This document shows, in pieces, positions 25,701 through 38,519 of a stretch of DNA of 64,000 nt. Where the stretch lies: positions 992,001 through 1,056,000 of the forward strand of contig JAWMAR010000531.1 in the NCBI GenBank assembly GCA_036785375.1. The letters run 5' to 3'. The DNA comes from Leucoraja ocellata (lineage: Eukaryota). Below the pieces are notes generated by a model. The model searched no databases. It saw only the letters and a program-made list of their open reading frames with translations, and was not told where the DNA came from. Within the stretch, counting starts at the first letter, position 1, and every line of letters starts with the position of its first letter. A program made the position numbers and the translations under genes.

Positions 25701-26414
25701 CGTTCAACACAACCTGAGCCGCCTTTCAGAGATGACCAGCGTGCCGTTTCGTGACGCGAAGAGACGCTCACTGTATAGAATGTTCCTGCACATTCTGCAC
25801 CTCCTTGCCTTCGCCTCCCGTCCCGACACACCATGGCGGACGGTGTTACCACCTGAAGGAGGGGAAGGTCCCCAGTGGGGGTCCCTGTACAAGGGAGTTG
25901 TCCCCCTATACGTGGGGGACCTGGGGTGGAGAGTGCTGCACAGAGCGGTGGCGTGTAACAAACTTTGAGTCAGTTCACGGACTCGTCCGCTGCCTGTATT
26001 TTTTGTGGCGAGGAAGAGACCGTGTTCCACATTTATATGGAGTGTGAGAGGCTACTGCCCCTGTATCAATATCTGAAGGGGTTGTTCCTAAAGTTCTGGT
26101 TACATTTTAGTCCTACGATTCTTGTGTTTGGACACAAGGCAGGGTGTGGGGAGAGCCAAGTGGGAGGGTGGGACCTACCTGTCGGTCTACTCCTGGGCCT
26201 GGCCAAGATGGCCATACCGCGGATCCAGGCAGCAGGCGATGGATGGTCAGGCAAGAGTCGGCTGCCTGCCCCTCTTCGGGCCTACGTCCGTGCACGTGTG
26301 TCCCTGAAGAGGGAACATGCGGTGCTCACGGGGACTTTGGAGGTATTCCGTGGGCGCTGGGCACTGCGTGGGGTTGAGAGTATTGTGAATAATGATTGTA
26401 ATGTTGTACTATAA
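22705..26414 (+). pseudogene. Tx1 ORF2 (AP endonuclease + reverse transcriptase + C-terminal CCHC), frameshifts and stops
   Basis: TLNLNG, LQETH, NVYAP, GGDFN, RIDRIY, SDH, PGLDG, WRPVSL, AFDRV, YADD, CIFCG..ETVFHIYMEC. Confidence 0.92.
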
Positions 26415-26644
26415 TGACACGATATAATGTAAGTCCGTTTTGTGTATGACTTGATCTGTTGTAGTATTTGATGTGTTGAATAAAGTCTTTGAAAAAAAAA
26501 AAAAAAAGATAGAGAGAGAGAGAGAGAGAGGGACCGAAAGACAGATAGACACAACGTGGGTCCGTAGGTAAATGACTAACCTGCACACCAAGAAGAAGCT
26601 CGCGGTCTGAGCCCTCAACCATGATGATGAGTTTTAAGAATTCT

Positions 26645-26806
26645 CAATGTCGTCAATGCATCGATCGAAATTCCTCAGTGTAATTGTGTTTGATCAAGTA
26701 TTAATGACGTCGCGTTCCTTTGAATACAATTCACAGGGCGTCATTAATACTTGGTCAAAACACAATTACATTTACTGAGGAATGTAGATCGATTCATTGA
26801 TGACAC
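26645..26806. repeat. Inverted repeat / hairpin of unknown origin
   Basis: Arms ttcctcagtgtaattgtgtttgatcaagtattaatgacg and cgtcattaatacttggtcaaaacacaattaca..actgaggaa. Confidence 0.75.
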
Positions 26807-26919
26807 ATCGTATACACGTGATGACACGTGATAACTACTGGCTGTTAACGTGCTAGTAGTTAACACATCGTGTTTGTCTGATGGCCGGTGCAGTGGTTTT
26901 TATCCATGTTCGTTTAAAA

Positions 26920-27890
26920 AAAGGACCCGTTCACTCCTACTCTTTGCTTCTTGTCTGCCAACCAATTTTCTATCCATGTCAACACCCCTATCCCCAATAC
27001 CATGTGCTCTAATTTTAGTCACCAGTCTCCCGTGCGGGACCTTATCAAAGGCTTTCTGAAAGTCTAAATACACTACATCCACTGGCTCCCCTTCATCCAT
27101 TTATTTGACATATCCTCAAAAAAATTCAGAAGATTAGGCAAGCATGATTTCCCTTTCATAAATCCATGTTGACTTGGACTAATCCTTTACTGCTATCCAA
27201 ATGCCCCATTATTACCTCTTTAATAATTGACTCCAGCATCTTTCCCACCACCGAAGTCAGGCTAACTGGTCTGTAATTCCCCGTTTTCTCTCTCACTCCT
27301 TTCTTGAAAAGTGGGATAACATTAGCTATCCTCCAAGCCACAGGAACTGATCCTCAATCTATTGAACATTGGAAAAGAACATCCTTGTGATTGACGCAGT
27401 GCAGCGTAGGTTCACGAGATTGATCCCTGGGATGGCGGGACTGTCCTATGAGGAAATATTGAAAGACTAGGCTTGTATTCGCTGGAGTTTAGAAGGATGA
27501 GGGGTTCTTATAGAAACATATAAAATTATAAAAAGACTGCACAAGCTAGATGCAGGAAAAAATGCTCCCAATGCTGGGCGAGTCCAGAACCAGGGGCCAC
27601 AGTCTTAGAGGCCATTTAAGACTGAGGTGAGAAAACACTTTTTCACCCAGAGAGTTCTGAAATTATGGAATTCCCTGCCACAGCGGGCAGTGGAGGCCAA
27701 ATCACTGGATGGATTTAAGAGAGAGTTAGACAGAGCTCTAGAGGCTAGTGGAATCAAGGGATATGGGGAGAAGGCAGGCACGGGTTATTGATTGGGGACG
27801 ATCAGGCATGACCACAATGAATGGCGGTGCTGGCTCGACGGCCGAATGGCCTCCTTCTGCACCTATTTTCTATGTTTCTATGTTTCTATG
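26920..27890. mobile_element. CR1 with an internal inversion (26920-27375 minus, 27376-27890 plus)
   Basis: Both parts match the colinear copy at 4262-5286. Confidence 0.8.
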
Positions 27891-28943
27891 GAAATATTCC
27901 GAACAAATGAGACCCGATATCGATGACCGGGGAACGGTGAAGTTCACAATGGAGAACCAGGACACTAGGGGAACGGAAGGAAAAGGCAAGGCCGGGAAGA
28001 TTTAAATGTCTGCTGTTGGACCCTTCATAAAAATTACGCCGCAGAAGAAATTGGGAAGAAATTGGGCATAATAATGGCAGCTCGACTGTAATCGGAATTG
28101 GTTCCTTTGAACAGGGAAGGTATAATGGTGATTTGAATGAGGGGCATAGTCAAGGTGTTTTAACTGACCAATTTGTATCGAGTGAAAGAATGCTCAGTAT
28201 TTACAAGTACAGATTTAGAGGAATTTCCAAAATAACTAACCATCAGGTGAACAATTGCAGATATGTGACGCTGTATTCGAATCAGAAAAAAATGCCTACA
28301 ATCCGGATCATTTAGAAAAGATAACACACATAAAGCTGGAGTAATTTAGCGGGTCAGACGGCATCTCTGGAGAAAATTATAGGTGACATTTCAAACTGTC
28401 TGAAGAAGGGTCTCGCCCCAAAGAGACCCATCTCTTCACCTCTGCCTATCCTTAGCCCCACGTCCACCTCCCTTTTCATCTGTGCATTAATTCCCTCATA
28501 TTGTGTTTTGTATTGAATTCTGTCTTTACTTTGTGTACTAGTCATGTCTCTACTATTTATTTCATTCACCTTACATGTTTTTCCTCTACCTGCTAATTTT
28601 TTGTAAGGTGTCCTTGAGACTCTTGAAAGGCGCCCATAAATAAAATGTATTATTATTATTATTATTATTAAAACGTCACCGATTCCTTTTCTCCAGAGAT
28701 GCTTTCTGACCCGCTGAGTTACTCCAGCTTTTTGTGTTTATCTTTGGTTTAAACCAGCATCTGCAGCTCCTTCCAATTCATTAAGACTTAAGCCCAGGTT
28801 GCTCATGTAACGTGAAAATAATTGGGAATAAAGCTTGGAATAAGTGAAAAGCGATTTGTGACAGAGGTCAGGGGTTTGTCCGTGACTTATTGTCCTCTAA
28901 CTATAGCATATAGTTCCCTCATTGTTCACTATTAACCCCGCCC

Positions 28944-29250
28944 NNNNNNNNNNNNNNNNNNNNNNNNNNNNNNNNNNNNNNNNNNNNNNNNNNNNNNNNN
29001 NNNNNNNNNNNNNNNNNNNNNNNNNNNNNNNNNNNNNNNNNNNNNNNNNNNNNNNNNNNNNNNNNNNNNNNNNNNNNNNNNNNNNNNNNNNNNNNNNNNN
29101 NNNNNNNNNNNNNNNNNNNNNNNNNNNNNNNNNNNNNNNNNNNNNNNNNNNNNNNNNNNNNNNNNNNNNNNNNNNNNNNNNNNNNNNNNNNNNNNNNNNN
29201 NNNNNNNNNNNNNNNNNNNNNNNNNNNNNNNNNNNNNNNNNNNNNNNNNN
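28944..29250. other. Assembly gap (N)
   Basis: Run of N. Confidence 1.
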
Positions 29251-29917
29251 AGCTGCCGTGCACTCATCGCATCTTTCTGTAGATATTATCTTGCTTTATT
29301 GAGAGTGTTGTTGCCCAGTTCTAGTGTAATACCACCGTGAGACACGTGCACGCCACATACAAACTCAGTGGCAGTTCTGCTAACGCCAATAATCACTCCG
29401 TTTCTTTAAAAGCTGACAATCAGAAGAAATAAAGAAGAAATAAGGTGTAATGTTTGTAAATATTTAAATACAAACCCCGTCACCGATTAGTATGAAAGTC
29501 ACGGCCTTCTGTGATGGAGGATGGAGGTGCCATGCTTAGTGCGAGGGGTGTAAAGGGGAGGTGCGAACAACCCATCAGTTTACAGAAACCTGCTGATGTG
29601 TTGGGAATTAATGGCGTGTCCAAATTTCCAGATTTCCACGGATGCACACGTATTATATTTAATTATGTAACGGTACACCTTATGAACGAAGACATATTTA
29701 ACAAACCATGAACGCATGAGCCTGGTAGGGACGTTTTTATTTGGGGGGGGGGGGGGGGGGGGGGGTTAAACAGCCTGAAACCGCCAATCTATTCTCACTT
29801 CCCACATACCGCCCGGCTTACTGAGTATTAACAGTATTTTCTGTTTATTTCTGTGATATTTTTGGTATTAAGACCACGTTTGCCATGCTTGGTTTACATG
29901 GTTCTTTGTCTGATTTA

Positions 29918-30135
29918 TGCCCCCGTCCCACTTAGGAAACCTGAACAGAAACCTCTGGAGACTTTGCGCCCCCACCCAAGGTTTCTGTGCGGTTCCCGGA
30001 GGTTGTAGGTGGTTGCCGGAGGTTGCAGGTAGTGGAAGCAGGTAGGGAAACTGACAAAAACCTCAGGGAACCGCATGGAAACCATGGGTGGGGCGCAAAG
30101 TCTCCAGTTCAGGTTTCCTAGGTGGGACAGGGGCA
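29918..30135. mobile_element. PIF/Harbinger-type MITE
   Basis: Long TIRs TGCCCC(C/T)GTCCCAC; flanked by TTA/TAA; empty site in the cluster 1 paralog near 13660. Confidence 0.8.
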
Positions 30136-30360
30136 TAATGTTGCACACGGACTGACAAAGCACTGTATAACACATGGTATAAATCGACGAGTGGCTCACT
30201 ACAGTTGTACGATTGTAATTAGTGATCGAAATAGAGAAACAAAATCAGTGTTGCTAGCTCAAATCTACGAGACAACACAACCCGTGTTAAGCCATCATGG
30301 TTCGGGTCAGAAATAAACCAAAGGGAATCAACAATGCATTTGAAATGCGTTTTATAAAAC

Positions 30361-30366
30361 TTTATT
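30361..30366 (-). terminator. Cluster 2 polyadenylation signal
   Basis: AATAAA on the minus strand at the position homologous to 13433. Confidence 0.75.
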
Positions 30367-30630
30367 CAACGGCTACAAAGATACCATGGGTGCAATAACA
30401 ACATTCATGCTGTTGGATAACGCAATTGAATCTATTTGATGCTTCATTCAAGAACGACATTCTTTCGAAAGAACTACATTAAAGTGAACAAGTCATAAAA
30501 ATCGAAGTTTCAACTGCAAATGGCATTTCTGAACGAAAACACTGAAGTCCAATACATTACTAACTTTGTCACATGGACGAACCCAATGATGATAAACTAA
30601 CTTAGTCAGGTCAGCCTCACGTTTCCAACA

Positions 30631-30953
30631 TCAGATACAGCTGGATCTCACGATATTTGTCTTAAGTGGGTTTGCCTGAGCCTGGTGTGTAACCACACAG
30701 GAGTAAAGGTCGTGTAAGTTCCAGTCTGAGGCTGTCAGAGTCAGGTAACTGCTGAGACTGAACGTGTTGTCCTTATCCTGCTGGATCGGGCTGGTCTCAA
30801 CGCCGCTATTTTTTGCACTGCCGTCGACGCTCCATTCAACGGCCACCGAGCCCGGATTAAAGCCGTTCACCAAACACACCAGGGTGGCGATGCCCTTTGA
30901 GGTAACTTCTTCGGCTGAAGGCGGCAGGACCGTCACGATCGGTGCCCGAGGAT
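30631..30953 (-). CDS. IGLC: IgL cluster 2 constant exon
   Basis: 323-nt exon, same length as the others, ending RSSCI*. Confidence 0.96.
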
Positions 30954-32935
30954 CTGTTTAACAAGAAGTCACGTTTAATTGGAGAAATGCTGTCGTTGAG
31001 ATATCATATTTCAGAAAATGCATTCCATTAGAGCACTCATTTATTAATTTGTAGAACATCGTTTTATTCTCGACCTATTTCAAACCAATGAATGTGTGTT
31101 TTTGTTTAATTCGGATAAACAATGAATAAACAACGTGAAAGCAACTAGGATAGATGCTGTCTGTCCTATCCATAAACACCACAGAAACAACTGTGATATA
31201 TCATTTCTGTACAGATTAATAACATTGAACACATTGATATAACTTTATAAAAGTGATTTTCACTACACGTCTCCAGCTTTACTTCCATTACCGACTATTT
31301 AAATGTAGCAGATGTCAATAAGTTACTTCGCGGAATTTACATATTAACAGATTGACACTTATTTGATTGTGTGCACCCATTGAGATAGAGGGTGACGCTA
31401 TTTAAGTACCGCAGGAATATTAGGAAGAGATTCTCCGAACCGCCACGGTACAGGTTCGCAGATTTGGATTTCATTATAGTTCGAATGTTAATTTATATTT
31501 GACATGTATTGTTGCGCTCACCAAAGTCTGTTACACGCATTATACAAAAGTAACCTATTTCTTGAAGGAAATGTGCGAAACGTTATCTTTTCACATTTTG
31601 AGGAGAAACTATAAACCCGTTAGACATGTCCACCAGAATTTCGGCAAAGTTGAATGTCAACGTTGCTGAACCCAGTTAACCAAGCAGTTTACTTTCACAT
31701 CTGCACAATTATTCTCGCGCGTTGAAGATTTCTGCAAATTATTTAACAAACCGCATTTTAGTTCGGGGGCACTTCAACTCTACGTCAATCCTTATATACA
31801 TGACCACTTCAAAATCCCTAAAAAAGTGCCAATAATTCGCATTGGGAAACACGCGATAATTATTGGGCGAGAATGAAAAATTGGAGAGTCGCCTCACATT
31901 TTCGAGAACATTAAAGTTCTTGAAGTGCAGCCTAAATAATTTGGTAAATTGTGAACTGTAAACACACATAAAGCTTGGAATCACAGGTACGCGATTTCTA
32001 CTCTAATATTGAGTGTGTATTGAACGGGCAAGTCTTGCTCGGGTCCTGAATAATTTGAAATGGCTTTGAGATAGAAATGTGGCTCTCATCTGCGAAAACA
32101 ATGACATCAATTATTTTTGTTATTCAACTAAAATGTAAAGGTATTCAGACTAAAACACTTGTTTCAATATCAAACAAAAACACCGTGGAACTAATTATCC
32201 CCTGGCATCCCTGCACGGTGCGGTCGGATATCAATGCGTAAAAAGAATGGAAACTAGCTACAGTCCCAAATAATTTAATTCGCCCAAAGTAGTTAAAGTC
32301 TATGAGTTCATTCGCCCGCTCAGGTTTACTGGGCGCCGAGTTGAGAACTTTATTTTTAGCTCCATTTTCCAGTTATTTCACTGAGCTATGACTAAGTGAA
32401 CTCGGAGCGTGAGCGTCTGTAAAACAGGAATCTATACACTGCACCAACTACATCGACATAAACCTGTCAAAATTAAGTATAATGTGAAGATAGACACAAA
32501 ACGCTGGAGTAACAGCGAATCTCTGCAGAAAAGGAATAGGTTACGTTTCGGGTCGAGACCCTTCTTCAGACTGGGAGGGACGCGAGATATATACACGGTG
32601 TAGAGAGATAAAGAAAAATGATAGAGAGATAAAGAAAAAGTTACGATGATAAAGGAAATAGACCATGGTTAACTGTGGGCTCGGTGAAAACGAGTATCAA
32701 AGCCCTGTCACACGGTACGAGTACATTTCAAGAGCTCCCGAGTTTAAAAAAAAATCAAACTCGTGGTAAGCACGGAGAATGAACGTAGCGAGTACGTCGG
32801 AGTTACTTGAAGTTAGAGAAATCAAGTCATGCCGCTGTATTGTAAACTGGCCAATTACGACGTTAATTCAACAAACATTTCATTTACATTTACAAAATAA
32901 TCCAGGGCGCCGTCCAAAGAATATATTTCACTTAC

Positions 32936-33277
32936 CACCAATACCCAGCCTCGTTCCTTTACCGAAATGAACACCACTATCCGATTTTGCACAGTAATAG
33001 TCCGCAGCATCATCCGCTTGAACGTTAGATATTGCGAATGTCGCAGTGTTGCCTGACATTGAGACGGAGAAACGGTCTGGAATGTTCGTGCCTTTATCAA
33101 TGCTGCCGGAATAATAGTAGAATAAATACTTTGGAGTTTTGCCAGGGGTCTGTTGGTACCAGGAGACATAGTTACCGCCTGAACTGGAGCCCGATATGGT
33201 GCAGGTTATTTGTATGTTCTGCCCCGTAGAGGTGGACATCGAAGGCTGTTGACTTACTGTAACTGCCGCGTTTACAT
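32936..33277 (-). CDS. IGLV: IgL cluster 2 germline-joined VJ exon
   Basis: VTVSQQPSMS...C...WYQQ...DAADYYC-AKSDSGVH-FGKGTRLGIG; intact splice sites; no RSS. Confidence 0.96.
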
Positions 33278-33397
33278 CTGAGAAAAGATCAAGATCAGAA
33301 AAATATAAAATCATTAAGATAGTTGAAGTGTGGGAGAAGATCCCAATGTAATGGTGCACGGAAATAAATCAATTGCCCGGGGAAGTATAATACTCAC

Positions 33398-33446
33398 AAA
33401 CTGCGCATAACAGCAGAGCGCCAACCACACTGATCCAGCAAGACAT
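33398..33446 (-). CDS. IGLV: IgL cluster 2 leader exon (MSCWISVVGALLLCAV-)
   Basis: 49-nt signal-peptide exon with T|GTGAGT donor. Confidence 0.92.
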
Positions 33447-33519
33447 TTTAATTAAGCGACTGCACTCAGACAGGGCGTCAGTTTCCTGATTAAGTGGCGT
33501 CTAAATTTGCTCTAGGGCT

Positions 33520-33605
33520 CGCTTTATAAATGGAATGACGAGTTGGCACCGTGTGCTTTGCAAACCAATCAAACCAGAATGTTCGCCGAAGCCAATCAGA
33601 AATTG
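33520..33605 (-). promoter_or_regulatory. Cluster 2 promoter (CCAAT x2, CRE half-site, TATA)
   Basis: Minus strand reads ctgattggcttc...tttgattggtttgcaaa...cgtcattccatttataaa; homologous to the cluster 1 promoter. Confidence 0.65.
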
Positions 33606-35956
33606 CCAGATCCTTCCTTCGTCGAAATATTCCGCCACTGTGAAGCATGGGGGTCTTATTTTCGTCATTTGTATTTCTAAATAGCTTGATGCGTTCTCAT
33701 ACATGCAGTGGAATAAAAGGGATTTGCGCACTAGCCCCTTCCCGATAATGAACAATCTATTATTTTCTGTATGATCTTTATGCAAAAATATAATGAAGAA
33801 ATTATCTGAGAGTTTTCAATATTATATTTTGTAACTGTTTGGACACGTAAGCGAAACGGTCCAAATAAAACCATATCTCTGAATATAACGTGATGGCAGC
33901 CACCCTCCTCTGCCCCGTTTTTATTCAGTGTCATCTTAAATCGATATATTTTCGGAATTTTCGAAATGATAATTCCCACAGACAATCATCCTTCTTGTGT
34001 GAGAATGTTAACTAAGATTAACACTGACAAATGTTAGTGCCGTTGCAGCTTTAGGAAGCAATTCAGACTACGTGGTGCGTATGTTGCTTGGAAGAGCTGC
34101 CTGCTTTCACTCTAATACTGTAATGCGCAGTGGACCCTTGCCCAAAGAAGGGCACCTGCATTTAGAAAAACAGAGGTGTTGCATCTGACTTTAATGAAGT
34201 TTGAAATTGGTGATATGTTTGACAACATGTTGATATACTACATACGTATCATTGATAAATAATTTCATCTACAGTTGATGCAGTGTTTGTATATTCCACA
34301 CAGCACCAGTGGATGATGAGCATCAGCAATAAGAAGCAACGTCTGCAAGAGCAGAACGAATGGATCGTGATAGTCGTTGTGTCATCTGCGCGCCATCCCC
34401 GACATTTTGAACGACATTTTCCTTCCATTTGATCAACAACAAAAGTTCCAACTTAACATCTGTAAATTGTTCGGGATACTTGTTTTTTCGAAATTAAACT
34501 CCAATAACCGGAGTTAGATCTTGGGTGCGCGCGCCACTATTTTTTCCATCCGGGGAGAGCAGACGAAGAACACACAGTCACACACTGCTGCCGTCACACA
34601 GGTGGCCACAGGCAAAGAAGCAGGGACAATGTTAATGGTTGTTCAGACATTAATATCAATCGAAGGCATTGATTTACACCCGACAATATCACTGTTCTGA
34701 ATATCCTTTAACATCTCTGAATACTCCTTAATATAAATGACGACCTGGCAACTAACGTGAATGCATGGATCATAAATTCCCGTTAAACCAGATTAATTTA
34801 GCAGCCGTCATTATTGCTCGGCCATCCATTAACATAAACGTCCATTCTTTCCAGCACGGCTGGGACAGGAACACAATGTGTACCATCTACAGAATTAGTT
34901 GCAATAGCGCGCGTAAACCACTCTAAACGTATGCATGTCACTACGACAGGCATGTTTATCAAATGTGTATTGGCAGAATCCCCTCCAAGAGTCTCTCTGG
35001 TACAAAGTATCAAGGGTTGTAAATATCTCGCATTGCTCTCACTGCTGTCGTTCTTTACTATGCAACGTGCAATGCTGTATGCAAATGAACACGGCTCAAG
35101 GCTGTTCATCATAATCTTCCCAAATGCCCATCCACAGATGCTGCTTGACCCCCTCAGTTACTCCAGCAGTTTGTGCTTTACTCGAGATTCCAGTATCCGC
35201 AGTTCCTTGTGTCTCTGCGTCCCCAGTTTTGAATGCACAATGAATACTGCGTTCCCAGAGATCCACACATCCCACAAATGTTGGAGAATTAGATATGATC
35301 AAGCGAGAGCGAGCAGAGTGCATTGCTGCATGATTGTTTCATATTTCACATTAGTGGAAAGTGAATACAACAATGTTGACCCCACTGCACGCCCACGTGT
35401 GTACTGGGGTATCTCCATTTCTTTCCTAGACACGTCTAAGACTAGCTGGGCACATGATTTAATAAATAACCCCTCACTATTTGAGTACCATGATAAACGG
35501 CTAATTCTATAACATAGTTACACTTTCTTTCTTGATCAGACATGTTCATTGAGGTCAAGGAAAGAGCGTTCACACCGCGGCCCTGTTTTCACCAATCTTT
35601 CCACCACCACGCACAAGAAGCACGAGAAGCGACAAGACAGACACCATTGTGCAGATGCAGAGAGGTGTGTTCAGCTCTGGTTGAACAACTTCTAATCATG
35701 TGTGTGGACACTCGATAAAAAGGCATTTCAGGAACGGAGATTTCTCCAGACTAGCCGTAGCAAACAGGAATCTGGAAAAGCAGAAATTCATGTGACTCAT
35801 TGTTATTAGCAGTTAAGACTTAATGAGCAATAGGGCGTGAGATTTGTTCCTTTATGAGTATTTTCTCGTATTTTGCTATGATAAAGATGGTCTTGGAAAC
35901 AAAAATATCTATCTCCATTCCATCTCATTCCAGCTCCCCACTCAATACTAAATTAT

Positions 35957-38180
35957 AATAGACAATAGACAATAGGTGCAGGAGCCATTCAATGTGATCA
36001 TGACTGATCATCCCCAATCAGTACCCCGTTCCTGCCTTCTCCCCATATCCCCTGACTCCGCTATCTTTAAGAGCCCTATCTAGCTCGCTTCTGAAAGTGT
36101 CCAGAGAACCGTTCCCCACCACCCTCTGGGGCAGAGAATTCCACACTCACAACTCTGTTCTAAGTGGCTTACACCTTATTCTTAAACTGTGGCCCCTGGT
36201 TCTGGACTCCCCCAACATCGCGAACATGTTTCCTGCCTCTAGCGTGGCCAAACCCTTAATAATCTTATATGTTTCAATAAGATAACCTCTCATCCTAAAT
36301 TCCAGAGTATACAAGCTCACCTATTCCATTCTCTCAGCATATGACAGTCCTGCAATCCTGGGAATTAACCTTATAAATCTGCGCTGCACACTCTCAATAG
36401 CAAGAATGTCCTTCCACAAATTAGGGGACCAAAACTGCACACAATACTCCAGGTGTGGTCTTACTAGGGCTCTGTACAACTGCAGAAGGGCCTCTTTTCT
36501 ACTAGACGCAACTCATCGTGTTATGAAGTCTAACATGACATTGGCTTTCTTCACCGCCTGCTGTATCTGCATGCTTACTTTCATTGACTGGTGAACAAGG
36601 ACCTCCAGATCCCGTTGTCCTTCCTTTTTTCCCAACTTGACACCATTTAGATAATAATCTGCCTTCCTGTTTTTACTACCAAAGTGGACAACCTCACATC
36701 TTTCCACATTAAACTGGATCTGCAATGCATCTGCCCAGTCCCCCAACCTGTCCAAGTCACCCTGCATTGTCATAGCATCCTCCTCACAGCTCACACTGCC
36801 ACCCAGCTTTGTGTCACCTGAAAATTTGCTAATGTTACTTTGAATCCCTTCATCCAAATCATTGATGTATATTGTAAATAGCTGTGGTCCCAGCACCGAG
36901 CCTTGCTGTACCCCACTAGTCACTGCCTTCCATTCTGAAAGGGCTCGTTAATCCCTACTCTTTGTTTCCTGTCTGCCAACAATGTTTTACTCCAATACCA
37001 TGTGCTATAATTTTGTCCACTAATCTCCATGTGGGACCTTATCAAATGCTTTCTGAAAGTCCAGGTACACTACATCCACGGGCTCTCCCTTGTCCATTTT
37101 CCTAGTTACATCCTAAAAAAATCCTGAAGATTAGTTCAACATGGTATTCCCTTCGTAAATCCATGCTGACTCGGACCGATCCTGTTACTGCTATCCAAAT
37201 GAGCCGCTATTTCATATTTTATGATTGACTCCAGTATCTTCCCCACCACCGATGTCAGGCTAACTGGTCTATAATTCCCTGTTTTTTCTCTCCCGCCTTT
37301 CTTAAAATGTGGAATGACATTAGCTACCCTCTCATCCACATGAACTGATCCTGAATCTATAGAACATTGGAAAATGATCACCAGTGCGCCCACAGTTTCT
37401 AGAGCCACTTCCTTAAGTACCGTGGGATGCAGACCATCAGGCCCTGGAGATTTATCAGTCCCATCAGTCTACCCAACACCATTTCCTGCCTAATGTGGAT
37501 TTCCTTCAGTTCCTCGGTCACCCCAGATCCTCTGGCCACTAGAACATCAGGCCGATTGTTTGTGTTCTCCTTATTGAAGACAGGTCCGAAGTACCTGTTC
37601 CACTCATCTGCCATTTCCTTGTTCCCCATAATGAAATCACCCCTTTTCAGTCTTCGAGGGTCCAACTTTGGTCTTAACTATTTTTTTCCTCTTCACATAC
37701 CTAATGAAGCTTTTACTATCCTCCTTCATATTCTTGGCTAGCTTACATTCGTACATCATCTTTTCTCCTCGTATTGCCAAAAGTATTGCTAAAAATAGTT
37801 GTCTTCTGATGCTCTCTAAACATTACCCAATCCTCTTGCTTACCAATCATCTTTGCTACGTTGTACATCTTCTCTTTTATTGTTATACTGTCCCTGGCTT
37901 CCCTTGTCAGCCCCTTACTCCCCTTGGAATCTTTCTTCCTCTTTGGAATGAACTGATCCTGCACCTTCTGCATTATTCCTAGAAATACCTGCCATTTTTG
38001 GTCCACTGTCATCCCTGCTAGGGTATCTTTCCAGACAACTTTGGCCAGCTCCTCCCTCATGGTTCCATAGACCCATTTGTTCAACTGTAACACAGACACC
38101 TCCGATTTACCCTTCTCCCACTCAAATTGTAGATTAAAACTTACCATATTATGGTCACTACCTCCTAATGGCTCCTTAAC
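35957..38180 (-). mobile_element. 2.2-kb CR1 with a 9-bp TSD
   Basis: RT motifs; CTAAATTAT at 35948-35956 and 38181-38189; empty site near 6495-6525. Confidence 0.9.
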
Positions 38181-38519
38181 CTAAATTATCAAGACTTCTC
38201 TGATATTGTTTTTAAAGAAAGAGCAATACGGCTGTGATTGAACACTCACCACATGTTTCAATGAGCCCCAATAACATTGAAAACGTTCGACATGTTACAG
38301 GATGAAGTTTCTTATTTGAATAGTATAAACCTAAACTTTGTCTCTGTCCACCACAAGTGCAACAAGGCCGCAGTATGCGCCGTCTGGAGTCCCTTATGTA
38401 TAGCCAACTGCAACATTGTCACCAAGGAATGGAGGCGTAGACTAGTTTCTAAATGCGGAGAGAATCCAGGACTTGGGACTACTGGTATAGGATCTCCAAT
38501 AAGTTGATTCGCAAGTGGA

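Larger units (their letters stand above)
19787..26507 (+). mobile_element. Near full-length decayed Tx1-clade (L1 group) LINE inserted in (GA)n; Kibi-like
   Basis: 5'UTR, ORF1 and ORF2 remnants, AATAAA at 26479, poly(A) at 26492-26507; (GA)n on both sides. Confidence 0.9.

Noticed and set aside
28919-29302. ORFs spanning N runs (also 53151-53812)
   Set aside because: Artefacts of assembly gaps
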